27,106 nt of DNA from Neophaeotheca triangularis (lineage: Eukaryota), in the NCBI GenBank assembly GCA_054600435.1, contig BAAIJX010000071.1, positions 62,001 through 89,106 of the forward strand. The letters are read 5' to 3'. Positions 1 to 10,962 of this stretch are shown here, piece by piece. The translations under genes and the position numbers were made by a program. The notes beneath the pieces were generated by a model. That model did not search any database. It was not told where the DNA came from and saw only the letters and a list, made by a program, of their open reading frames with translations. Position 1 is the first letter of the stretch. Each line of letters opens with the position of its first letter.

Positions 1-1026
1 AGCGTGGTCGGGTGAGCGACGCTGGGTACCATGGCATTGATTACACTTCTGTCAGATACCTACCTTTTGGGGATGTGAGTTGCAGAGCTTCAAGGCGTCT
101 ACAAGGTATACCACATCTCCAATCCATTCTGGCCAACACTGCCACCGGCCAGAGCTCAGCACTTACTATAAACACTACCGCCGTTCCTGCCAAAACACAA
201 GCAAGGCAAAGCTGCGACCGTTTCCAGCCTCCCACCACCCACCCACACCCTTCAAACCAAAACTGCAAGACAAAAAAAAAAAGACAAAAAACCAACATCA
301 ACTAAACCCCCCTCCTCTCAGCGCTCGAACAAAACCCCCACCGTCAACGGCACAGAAGAAGACCCGAGTGAAACTGCCACCTCAGCGCTCATGCTAGCAG
401 GACCACCCTCTTCATGAGGAGCCGCAGCAGCTTGTCGACTCGGACCCGGACTCGGAGCATACAGATTCGAAACGAGAAACAGTGTGGAAACAGTACCGGG
501 TTGGGATGACAAGGATTTCCTTGTTAAACTTTTTCCTTTTCGGGTATACTAATAGGAAGGAGCGTTGAGACTCGGATTTGTCTCTCCTTTTCTTTTTCTT
601 TTTTTCTTTGGGGGGGTGGGTGGGTGGAGGGAGAGACTTGAGGTCGTTGTACTCTCTGTTTGGTCGTCTTTGTTTGGTTGTCTCTGCTTTGGTTGTTGAG
701 ATTGGGAAGTTTTCTTACGGAGACCAAGGGATGGCAATGTCACCTGTGTTGTGCCATTACCTTATTAATTATAAATAGCTGGGGTATCTTCTCCGCTCGT
801 TAACACGCAATTTGAAACTGAAAAAGGAAAAAGGTCTCCAGACATCCTGAGGACACATATAGTTCGAAGAAGCAGCGCCGGGGACACCCAAACTCGTAAA
901 AGTAAGAAAGTGACCAAAACGCCCGCCAGCACACACATCCTCAGCACCGCCCATTTCAACTCAAGCGTAGCTGTCCCCACCCTTACCCCCCTTTTTCCCC
1001 ACCTCACCGCCAACACCCCGGCTGCG

Positions 1027-1393
1027 TCATCCCATCTTCTCCAAACGCCTTCCCCCGGCCCCTTCACCGCCGCGCCGCCTGAACCCCTCAACCTCCTCCC
1101 TCAACCCCCTGTTCTCCCTCTCGAGACTTGCAATAACCTCGACCGCGGCAGCGAGAATCTCGCACTTACTCGGCCTCACTCCCGTGCCTCCGGCCTCGCC
1201 TTGCGTCGTCGTCGTCGTCGTCCTCGTGAGCGCCGGGATGGATTGTCGGAGTTTCTCGAGGTGCGAGTTGAGGTTTTCGCGGTACCGGCGTTCGACTGCC
1301 GTGTGGGGAATGCGGGAGCGTTTGCGGGGGCGGATTGTTGGGATTGGGGGCTTGGGAGGTGTTTTGGTTGGGGGTGAGGGGGCGTCGGCCAGA

Positions 1394-1437
<44 letters not shown>

Positions 1438-1935
1438 CGAGTCGCTGGGGTTGGGGCTGAGTCGGGGGTTGGGATTGAAATGGGTGGGTCGTGGGTTTTG
1501 GGAGCGGGGTTCTGGGGCTGTTGTTGAGCGGGGGAGGGGTGGGCGGTGGTTTGGGAGTCGGGGCACCGTTGGGGCGGAGAGCAGGTGAGGGTGAGGACTG
1601 GGGTTGGAGGGACGGTGGGGTGACGGTGGTGGGCGGAAGTGGGCGCGGTAGGGTTGTGGTTCGGGTTGGTATGTGTCGTAGCTGAAAGTTGTGGAGGGCG
1701 TGCCCATGTCAGCGTTGCTGCAAGTCCAGCGGTGGTTGTCGAAGTAGGCAAGCGGAGTGGAGTTTGAGGCGTATGGTTCTTGTTGCAGTGGTGTGTCGTT
1801 TTGGAACATGCTGAGGTCGAGGTCTTGCATGCCTCTCATGGGCGGCTGGGTGGGAGAGCTGTAGTAGTTGAGGTATTGCGGTTGATGGCCCTGTGGTTGG
1901 TACTGGCTCCAGTCTTGATCCCCTTGCCCCTGCAT
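1027..1935 (-). CDS. bHLH transcription factor, SREBP-like (Tyr in basic region), no transmembrane segment; about 302 aa
   Basis: C-terminal RKRSRIPHTAVERRYRENLNSHLEKLRQSIP...PSKCEILAAAVEVIASLERENRGLREEVE is a basic-helix-loop-helix(-zipper). The N-terminus is Q/P/acidic low complexity. The first in-frame ATG is at 1935 (the ORF track start at 2112 is a GTG); the start and any upstream exon are uncertain. Confidence 0.85.
1394..1437 (+). repeat. (TCTGCG)7 coding hexamer repeat, encodes the (DA)n tract of the bHLH protein
   Basis: Directly visible tandem repeat; the minus-strand translation is DADADADADADADAD. Confidence 0.95.
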
Positions 1936-2320
1936 ATTGTCGACCGTGGTGGGCTCTGGGATGCGACAGTGTGAGGTGTCGTGTGTTGGTTCCCGATCGG
2001 TAGGATGCCTATGTAAAAACTTGAGTAGGCGTGTCAGCCTGACGGCGTGTTTGCATTCATCATCAGCCCTGGAGGCTTTGCAGGTACGAGCTCGAGAAGA
2101 ATAGCATGGCACCGCTCCGCACGCTCCGCAAGAGGGTCTAAAGCTCTTCGCTGGGCTACCTTGATATCGGCGAGCTTGACGTAGAAGCAGCTTACAAGGC
2201 TAAGGTAGTAGTACAGTACGGTGAGAGAGACTCGACAGCAGCATCCAATGCTCCGAGATGGTAGACGGTGACATGCCAGTTCCATGCCATCCAATGCGTC
2301 CCAATGCAGCAGCAGCCCAT

Positions 2321-2357
2321 TAGGTAGGTAAGGTACCTACCTACCTACCTACCTACC
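2321..2357. repeat. TAGGTAGGTA-AGG followed by (TACC)6; imperfect palindrome upstream of the bHLH gene
   Basis: taggtaggtaaggtacctacctacctacc..., centred on GGTACC at 2332-2337. Confidence 0.9.
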
Positions 2358-2934
2358 TATCGACCTACCTAGACTCCCCAATACGCTCAGAATCTGCGCG
2401 TCCTTTTACAAGCTCAAAAGTCAGTTTCGGGGCAGCGCACGACGCAGCCAGGTCCGGTAGAGGCTGCCATTGGCTCTGCGTCGACTCGGCATGCCGATGG
2501 GTGGCCGCACAACGGCACGTGGTCGGCCTTCCCTGGTCGCTTTCTCATTCTTGGTGGCGTCGAGGATTGCTCTCCTCATCTCCTTTCTGATTGATGGGAG
2601 GTGGAAGATTTTGAATTGTATGTACTTGGGTTTGGTGATGGTAGTAGCAGTAGGAGGGGCAAGAGTGCGGGGCTGGGGAGGGTGGAATAATGGCGGAGGA
2701 TGTTGTAAGGTAGTTTGTTGCTCTTCCAACTCTCGCTTACCGTGCATGGTGGCTTGCAGTATCATCAGTCCGGTCACTAGAATGGGCTGAGTTATCTCTC
2801 GCACAGACAGAACGTAATACTCTTACACATCTGCTTCATAGGTAGCTAACACCTTCAACGCCCTTTCTTTTCTCCTCGCATGTGCCTTGGCAAAAATCAT
2901 TCTTGAATACCACTAGCACAACAACGCCGCTTTG

Positions 2935-2990
2935 CCACCCACCCATTCACCCATCCACCCATCCACCCATCCACCCATCCACCCATCCAT
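2935..2990 (+). repeat. (CCATCCAC)n imperfect octamer tandem repeat
   Basis: Directly visible, downstream of the I9 gene stop. Confidence 0.9.
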
Positions 2991-3106
2991 TGCCTTGCCA
3001 TCAAGGACTTGAGTCCCAGACGCCAAAATCACTGCCAACACTGCCATTCATTACCGAGCAGTCGTTTTCCTTGTAAGATAATGTACGTCTCGGTCGTCGT
3101 CGTCGT

Positions 3107-3488
3107 CTAAGCTGGAGGTGGACCATTGTTGTTGATGGACATGGGCTGGTCGTCTTCGATGACGACGCTGTGGTCGTTGCCCATGGTCTGAACATTCTCC
3201 AGAGCCTCGGCCGAGGTGTCTGCAGCGAAACCCTTGATGATGGTGTACTCGTGGGTGATGACGCCACCCTGTACTGTGTCAGTTGTCTGTAGTCGTGTCA
3301 AAAGGCAAGTACCTTTGATGGACGACGGCTTGGCATACGGCCTGGCGAATGTGTTCCATGGCAGTCTCCATGACGGAGCTTGGAGTGTCCTTGTCGTAGC
3401 TGACGATGACGGATTTCTTGTTGTCTTGGGTTGCCATGGCGAATGCTGCTAGAAGGCTGACGAGAGTTGTTTGGAAGAAGAAGCGCAT
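3107..3488 (-). CDS. Small secreted peptidase inhibitor I9 (subtilisin-propeptide-like, POIA/Pbi2-like); about 103 aa; exons 3488-3339 and 3268-3107
   Basis: Signal peptide MRFFFQTTLVSLLAAFAMA, then KSVIVSYDKDTP...EHIRQA|GGVITHEYTIIKGFAA...IEDDQPMSI, the typical I9 pattern. A 70-nt intron (GTATGC...CTGAC...TACAG, 3338-3269) joins two short ORFs in frame. Confidence 0.85.
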
Positions 3489-3719
3489 GATTGCGGAGGT
3501 GATGTTACTAGTAGTTGGAGGATTCGGGCTTGGTCTGTCTTGCGGCTGAGTACGCTGGGTACGGTACAAAGACAGGTAGCAAACCTGAGGGTGGGGCTCG
3601 TGGTATATATCTTATTATTTACAGTACGAAGACGACTGAGGATGGCCTCGGGGTTTGTTTTTAATTGTCCTTGTCACAGCTGCAGCCCTACGTTTCACTG
3701 GAATGCCCGAGTGAGGTGG

Positions 3720-3877
3720 CACCTGCTTGGCGGGGTGACCGGAGAGCGGACGTCATTGTCTGTCACGTGAGTCGAACATACCACCTGCAGGTAGGGTACC
3801 TAAGGTACCTTATTAGCCCCCACCACCTGCAGCTTCCCGTCTCGTCCACCTCACTCAGATGAGTCAGCTTCCCGTCT
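3720..3877. promoter_or_regulatory. Motif cluster in the I9/PCF11 divergent intergenic region: E-boxes, palindrome, AP-1/Gcn4-type site, direct repeat
   Basis: TCACGTGA 3763-3770; CACCTG at 3720, 3782 and 3824; GGTACCTAAGGTACC 3795-3809; TGAGTCA 3860-3866; CAGCTTCCCGTCT at 3830-3842 and 3865-3877. Function is inferred only. Confidence 0.4.
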
Positions 3878-4572
3878 TCCATCGACGCGCGCTGCGTTAC
3901 AAGGCTTGGCGGTTGCTAAAGCTCACCTGAGGACCCGACATCTTCACAACTCTTCCACTTTCACTACTACACCACCCTCGACCAAAGACGCCCTAATCTC
4001 CTACAACCCGACCACTTCACACCTCTCCCTGCTGCTGTCCTCAACTTGGCGCCAAAGCAAAGAGTGCAGCTTCACGCGCCCAAACGGCGCAAACCCTTCA
4101 CCCTCAACTTCTCTTCACTGGACTTTCCTAGGATACCGCCTGGCTTTACCATTCCAACACCACCACCGAGGCATTCACACACCAAACCAAGGGCAAGGTG
4201 CGGGTAGACTGTAGGCGACAGTGATTTGAAGGACTTTACAGGGCAGAAAGAGCCAGGAAATTCAAAGCATCGTCTTCCGGTCAAACAGTGTCAGTGTGGG
4301 CTTGTATAGCTAGTACCAAGCCATCAGGCTTACTGTCATCTTTGTTCTACCCAACAGAGAGCATCCTGCTGGCTCCTGCGATCTTTCTTGCCAAACGCAC
4401 CTCAAGTGAGCTACGCGCTCGAAATTCAGCAGCTTGCCATTGAGCAGAGTGAAGTTTGCAGTCTTCCCCATCTCCTTCTTCCTGCCTGTTAGGCTTGAAG
4501 CGAGTTCATAGATAGCACATCAGTTCCCGCTTCGTGTGCACTATTGCCTCTTCGCGTCGTCACAAAGAAATC

Positions 4573-6686
4573 ATGTCTGCTACATCACCGCAAAGTCCGC
4601 TTTCGGCGCCTTCTGACGACGATGCCGTTGCCCAAGACTTTGCCGACTCTCTCAAGGATCTTCAGATGAACAACAGGTATGAGATCAGCAATCTTACCAT
4701 CATCGCCAAAGAGAATACCGAACACGCTCAAGCTATATCCAAGGCTCTTGAGCAACATATTCAAACGGTGTGTCTGAATCCCCTTGTCACGTGATGATAT
4801 GTCTTCGACAATATCTTTTGCCTCTCATCCGAACTTACTGACTGTGCCTCTAGACTTCACCCAGCAGAAAGTTGCCTGCGCTGTACGTACTAGACTCGAT
4901 TGTGAAGAATGTCGGTACGCCTTACACCGTCTACCTTGGACGCGGATTGTATAGTACATTCATGCAAGCGTATACTCTCGTCGATGGCAATACAAGGCGC
5001 CAAATGGAAAGCATGCTCAAGACATGGAAGGAGCCTGTGCCCGGTTCAATGGAAAAGCGGCCAGTCTTCCCACCAGACGTTGTCCGTCCCATCGACAATG
5101 CCTTGATCAAGGCTCGCACCGTTGCTTTGCAACATCAGAGGCAGCCAGGACCCCAGCTAGGACAACGACAGACTCAAACCCCTCCACAAGCCACCGGGCA
5201 GTATGGTCCTCCGCAGGCCCAGCAACAACATCACCACCGCCCACCGAGTCATCAACCCCAACGCTCCCAACCCTACGGTCAACCGGCAACACCTCAGCCT
5301 CAGCAGTACCCAAATTCGAGCCCATATGGACAGTCTGGCATCAACCCGGAAGATCTCAAGCGTGATGTAGCGACGCTCATCACCTCTGCCCAGACCAAGT
5401 TCGCCACAGACTGGAGCAATCAAGCTCTGCAAGGGCAGCTCAAGGCACTGCTCGCTCTTCAAAGTCATCTCAATACACAGAAACTCGACCAGCCCACATT
5501 AGCTGCCATCAGAACGCAGTTGGACACGATGAAGGCCGCGCTTCCTCCGCCAAGTACGGTCTCTACACCTCAGTGGCAACCCCCGGTCCCGGCTTCTCAG
5601 CCATACCAGCAACACCAACCACCGCCAAACATTCAGCACCCTCCACAATCGGCTCCACCAATTCCAAATATCCCTCAAGCGGCTCTCAACGGACTGTCAG
5701 CACTGTTCGCAAACGGACAAAAGCCGAGCACGCCACAAATGCGACAAAGCATACCCTCGCTACAAGGTGCAACTCACGCCCAGCTCAATACCGTCCAACA
5801 GTCAGCTCCAGCAGCACCCGTGGGCGCCGACCTCATGGCCGCACTCTCCAAAGCAGGACTCTTCGGACGGGGCACGAACAGCCCCGCACCACAGCCAGCC
5901 GCGCCACCGCCACCCCCCCAACAGCAACCTCCAGCCAACCCAGCAGCCCTCCTCGCAAGCCTCCAACACCTCATTCCCTCCACATCCTCGACCCCAAACC
6001 TGCCCCAGCCGCCCCAAACCCTGAAACCCGCCCCAGCCAACCTCAAAACCTTCAACCCCTCCCTAATCCACGCCCTCTACGATTCCCAACCGAACCAATG
6101 CTCCACCTGCGGCCGCCGTTTCCTCTCGACCCCCTCGGGCTCAGCCAACAAATCCCGCCACCTCGACTGGCACTTCCGCACCAACCAACGCATCGCCGAC
6201 TCCCACCGCGGCCACCGCAACTGGTTCCCAGACGAGCTCTCATGGATTAAACTCGGCGACTACGACGCCAGCACCGCCGTCGCCAACACCAACGCCGAAA
6301 ACCCCGCCACAGGACCCGACGCCACAAGTGCCCATCAGAAGAAACAAAAAGGCCCCGCTGACCAGTACGTCCGCGCCCCGGCCGGCATGACTCGCAACAC
6401 GTGCTCCATCTGCTACGAAGAAATGGGTAGCTCGCACCCGGAGGAATTGCAGGATTGGGTCTTTATGAACGCGGCCATGTACAAGGGCAAGATTGTGCAC
6501 GCGACTTGTTTGGCGGAGATGAAGGGGGCGGCTGCTAGGGATGCCGGGTTGAAGCTTGGTGTTGCCGGGAGTGCGGCTGCGGGAAGAGAGAGGAGCGCGA
6601 CGCCGGAGACGCTTTTGGGGAAGAGGAAGGCCGAGGGGGCCTGGGGTTTGGGCGGTGGAGGGGGTGCGAGGGTTAAGATGGAGTAA
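4573..6686 (+). CDS. PCF11: mRNA cleavage/polyadenylation factor Pcf11; about 675 aa; exons 4573-4767 and 4854-6686
   Basis: CTD-interacting domain (EISNLTIIAKEN...KLPALYVLDSIVKNVG), Q/P-rich linker, zinc finger CSTCGRRF...HLDWHF, Clp1-binding RNWF..E..W and second finger CSIC...H..C. The 86-nt intron (GTGTGT...CTGAC...CTAG) restores the frame. Confidence 0.93.
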
Positions 6687-6966
6687 GTGGGTTTTTTTGG
6701 ACATGAAACGGGATACTGGGTGGCGGGAGTGGGAACAAAGGTGTTGCCTTGAGTCTTGACAGATCTAGAGGGGGTGGTGAACTGAGAAGGGGGAGTTGAG
6801 GTTTCCATGGCACAGCGCGGGTCGGCTTAGGCGTCACGACACATGCATCAGCGCTCTTCTTCCCTTCTTTTCAAATCCAGGGCATTCGGCTTGCCTGAAT
6901 CTTTGCACGCTAGAGGGGCTGGTCTGCACAGCCGACTTGAGAATCTAGAGCGGATTCACTCCGTAC

Positions 6967-6992
6967 ACAGACAGACAGACAGACAGACAGAC
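6967..6992 (+). repeat. (ACAG)6 microsatellite in the convergent PCF11/RAB11 intergenic region
   Basis: Directly visible. Confidence 0.95.
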
Positions 6993-7549
6993 GTGCTTGT
7001 AGTACATAATCACGTCTCGCACGCTTTCGAATCTTCGACCAGAACTTGCAAGATCAAAAGACCCCGGACGAAGCAACTTCGTCCATTCAATTGCCCACGA
7101 TAGATAGACTGACAGTCTCAAGACCGCCTGATGGAAAAAACGATACAGCCGGCTGGTCGAAAACGGTATTGCATTGCTAACAACAGCATAAAACACCATA
7201 AAGGGCATCTCACGTGATGACAGAGAAAGGCGCTAAGCCCCCCATCCCCCCCTCTCCCTACCGAAAAAATAATAATAGAACACGTACATTGACGTAACAA
7301 GTGCTCCCAACCCCCCCTCCCCCGTTTCGTTTCGTGGTGGTAATGTAGTGGTTGAATTGTTTCCCTCTCTCAGTCGAGCACTTTCCGTTAATTTTCAAAC
7401 GCCTCGTTCGCCCCTGCATGCCTTCTACCGCGCAATCGGATCCCACTTATACGCATGCAATGCTCGCGATTGGGGGACAAAGCGGTAGTCTTCCTCTCTC
7501 TTTGCTCTGCTCTGCTTCTGCAGTGTGTATCCGGGGTTTTTCTTCCCTC

Positions 7550-8332
7550 TTAACAGCACTGGCCCTTCTTTTGCTCGGAACCGGGCGGGTTGCTGGGGCC
7601 GAGCGGGATCGAAGTGCCTGTGCCGGGGCCGGGTTGCTGCTCGCCTTGGTCGAGAGCCTTGGAGGAGACGATGCGGTAGATTTCTGCGGGATAAAAGTCA
7701 GCGGACAAAGAACTGCAGCGGCAGTTAGTTGCGAGAGGAAGCGGCCAAGACTCACCCGTCAGTTCGTTCTGGAAAGCCAACTCGACGTTGCTCGCATCGA
7801 GGGCCGATGTCTCGATGAAGCTCAGCCCGTTCTCGCTCGCGAAACCCTTGGCCTCTTCCGTCGGCACGGCGCGCAGATGCCGCAGATCGCTCTTGTTGCC
7901 CACGAGCATGATGACGATGTTGGTGTCGGCGTGGTCGCGCAGCTCCTTGAGCCACCTCGTCACGTTCTCGTACGTCTGGTGCTTGCTGATGTCGTAGACG
8001 AGCAGGGCACCGACGGCGCCGCGGTAGTAGGCGGACGTGATGGCGCGGTAGCGCTCCTGGCCCGCCGTGTCCCAGATCTGGGCCTTGATGGTTTTGGCGT
8101 CGACTTGGATGCTGCGCGTGGCGAACTCGACGCCGATGGTCGACTTGCTGTCGAGGTTGAATTCGTTGCGGGTGAAACGGGAGAGCAGGTTGGATTTGCC
8201 GACGCCGCTGTCGCCTATTAGCACGACTTTGAAGAGGAACTGTTGGCTTGTGTTAGCGAGGTCTGCTTCGGTTGCTGCGCTGCTTGCGTTGATGCTGCTT
8301 TTTGCCCATACATCGTATTCATCGTTTGCCAT
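7550..8332 (-). CDS. RAB11: Rab11-family GTPase (Ypt31/32, Ypt3, RabE); about 212 aa; exons 8332-8312, 8239-7756 and 7683-7550
   Basis: [79 protein letters not shown] and a C-terminal CC prenylation motif. Two 72-nt introns: GTATGG...CTAAC...CAG and GTGAGT...CTGAC...CAG. Confidence 0.97.
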   Translation of the reverse strand: MANDEYDVWAKSSINASSAATEADLANTSQQFLFKVVLIGDSGVGKSNLLSRFTRNEFNLDSKSTIGVEFATRSIQVDAKTIKAQIWDTAGQERYRAITSAYYRGAVGALLVYDISKHQTYENVTRWLKELRDHADTNIVIMLVGNKSDLRHLRAVPTEEAKGFASENGLSFIETSALDASNVELAFQNELTGESWPLPLATNCRCSSLSADFYPAEIYRIVSSKALDQGEQQPGPGTGTSIPLGPSNPPGSEQKKGQCC

Positions 8333-8521
8333 GTTGGGCGAGGCTGTCTTGTGTGGTGGGGTTGTGTGTGCTGTTTGTGGTGGTGGTGGGTGAGGCTGTC
8401 TGTTTGTTGCGCAGCGGTCAGGGCTGCTTGTTGGTAGCTGCTTGAGAGGGTCTGTTGTCGCAACGGTTAACCAATGAGCGTGGAAGCTTGCAAGTCCCAA
8501 AGGGGAAGTGATGTCGTACTC

Positions 8522-8528
8522 TTATATA
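8522..8528 (-). promoter_or_regulatory. Candidate TATA box (TATATAA) for RAB11
   Basis: TATATAAG on the minus strand about 190 nt upstream of the ATG at 8332. Confidence 0.35.
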
Positions 8529-8958
8529 GACAGCCGGCGCACGTTGTAGAAGTGAGGTAGGGAGTAGGTAGGGGTATGAAGGTCGAGTGATGTTGTTTGG
8601 TTTGCGATGATCTGGCTCCGTCGAGTGAGGTCGGCCGCTTCTGTCTCGGCCGCTCAAAGCGAACCTGGCCTGGCTGGACCCTTGTCAACTTGGGAGCTTG
8701 CTTCGCCAAGACTGTCACGTGTGTATCTCGACCTCATCTGTTTATTTTACTTCACGCCACCGTTCTCAAATATGTCCCAATCAACGGGACCAACATGGGG
8801 TGAATCGAGTTGATAAAGGCCAGCGGAGTTGCTGTGTCTGGATTTATATACGAACAGGCGTCGTCGTCGGCACCAGACACTGAATCTTCCGAGTAAACAA
8901 GCACATAGCCGGCCTTTCCACCACCCAGCAAAGGATCTTACGGCGATCTACGCAAAGC

Positions 8959-10372
8959 ATGGCTGACTCCGACTCAGACGACGATATTGTAAGGCCCGGA
9001 GACAGGGGAGCTGCTGCGGGGAAGAAACCGCAGCAGAGAGGGCAAGCAAAATGGGAAGCGGCAGCATCACGAACATGGGAGCTGCAAGAAGCAGCCGATG
9101 GCAGTATAGAAGGGGTGCTGGGGGGCATGGAAGAAGCCAACAAACGCAAAAGGTTGGTGGAATCTCCCAATCGCTTCATCTAGTAGAATTCTTCCTAACA
9201 CCTTCCTCAGACTCCTCAAAGACACTACCCCCCTCCAACGCGGCATCATCCGCCACACCATCCTAATCATAGACCTCTCCACCGCCATGTTAGAAAAAGA
9301 CCTCCGTCCCACCCGCCATCTACTCACAATCACCAACACCGTTGCCTTCATCCGCGAATTCTTCGAACAAAACCCCATCTCTCAACTCGGAATTCTAGGC
9401 ATGCGCGAAGGACTCGCCACTAGAGTAAGCGACATGTCGGGCAACCCGACAACCCACATCGAAGCCGTGCGCGAACTCCGTCAAACAGAACCCAAAGGCA
9501 ACCCCTCCCTGCAAAACGCCCTCGAAATGGCCCGCGCGGCCCTCTATCACACGCCCTCCCACGGCACGCGCGAAGTAATCATCATCCTTGGCGCCCTCCT
9601 CTCTTCCGACCCTGGCGACATCCACGACACGATCAAATCCCTCATCCGCGACCGTGTCCGCGTCAGTATCATCGGCCTGGCAGCCCAAATGCACATCTGC
9701 GCGGAAATCTGCCGGCGCACAAACTCCGGCAGCGAAAGCAACTACAACGTCGCCGTCGACGAAGTCCACTACCGCGAACTCCTCCTCTCCCTAACAACCC
9801 CCCCAGTCGTCCGCTCCACCGACACGGAAGCGCAGAAACGCAACCGTGCAGCCCTGCTGATGATGGGTTTCCCCTCGCGCATGACGGAGCCAAACCCCAC
9901 GCTCTGCGCCTGCCACGGCGAGCTCAACCGCGGCGGCTACCTGTGCTCGCGCTGCAGCGCCAAAGTCTGCTCGCTCCCGGCCACGTGCCCGACGTGCGAT
10001 CTCACGCTCATCCTTTCCACGCACCTCGCTCGTTCCTACCACCACCTCTTCCCGCTGCGCAACTGGAACGAAGTCTCGTGGCAAAAAGCGAAGCGCAAAG
10101 GCAGTCGACAGTGCTTTGGATGCTTGGCGCCATTTCCGGGTTTACCGGGAGGTGCTGGTGGGAGCGAAGGTGGTGAGGAGGCTACTAAGACTGGTGCGAA
10201 GCGTGCTGAGGGTGCTAGCGAGAGCAGTCGCTATGAGTGCGAGACTTGCGGGGAGCATTTTTGTATTGATTGTGATGTTTTCTGTCACGAGGTTGTGCAT
10301 AATTGCCCGGGGTGTCAGAGTCGTGGGCAGTTGCCCGGGGAGGAGGGTGCTGTTGGAGAGGAGGGAGGGTAG
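8959..10372 (+). CDS. SSL1: TFIIH subunit Ssl1/p44 (GTF2H2); about 451 aa; exons 8959-9152 and 9211-10372
   Basis: KRKR|LLKDTTPLQRGIIRH, vWA domain (EFFEQNPISQLG, GNPSLQNALE, SSDPGDI), C4 finger CACH...CSRC...CPTC..LILSTHLARSYHHLFPL and C-terminal RING-like CFGC...CETC..HFCIDCD..CHE..HNCPGC. 58-nt intron GTTGGT...CTAAC...CAG. Confidence 0.96.
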
Positions 10373-10962
10373 GTGTGTTGGAGAGGGAGAGGATGGGTGG
10401 GTTCCTCTTTGTGCAGATAGAGGTGGAGGTGATTCGAAGTTGAGGTATGTCTGGATGAAGAGAAAGGTAGACCACAGTAAAGTAAAATTCAGACTAGACG
10501 TTCACGTCGCCAGTGCGTGCGCCTCTTCCAAATCATCACGTTCGGGAGGCAGCGCAAGAAGACCATTGGTTGAGTGGGTGAGTGAGTACACTTCAAAATC
10601 GGACTATTCGACACAGTGACTAGATTGTGTCTTCACGACCGAGCGCCACGACTAGCAAGACTTTTGGTATTTTTGTACAGGCTTCATGTTCGAACCAATT
10701 ATACGATCGGTATCTAGTCGCTTTTCCGTGCTCAATATGCATATTAACTGCTCGCGGCTAGGTGTCGGGGCGAAAGACGAGTTCAAAAAAGTATCCGACG
10801 TGACAGATGTGGGCTATCACGGCCAACCCAAGCTCGGAGGCGAGGGCCACGCGACCTGCCAGGATACAGCGGTTCCCAGCGTCTTGCGTGACCAACTCAA
10901 GAGTGCCGATGAGAATACCGCTCGCCGGGAAGCCGAACAGGTCTCGAGAAGCTGCATCTAAA

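Noticed and set aside
1..900. Short ORFs and scattered splice-like signals (GTGAGT at 74, possible acceptors near 321 and 555) at the left edge
   Set aside because: No coherent gene model or recognisable product; A/T runs and low complexity fit UTR or intergenic DNA.
1176..1751. Alternative-frame and antisense ORFs over the bHLH gene (TQTQ, SASA repeats)
   Set aside because: Translations of the same hexamer repeat and C-rich low-complexity sequence in other frames.
7352..8221. 289-aa plus-strand ORF antisense to RAB11
   Set aside because: Shadow ORF expected from the strong C/G-ending codon bias of RAB11; non-ATG start and no recognisable domain.
10686..10961. 91-aa ATG ORF between SSL1 and VTC
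   Set aside because: Lies in the expected convergent 3' UTR space; no motif or codon-bias support.
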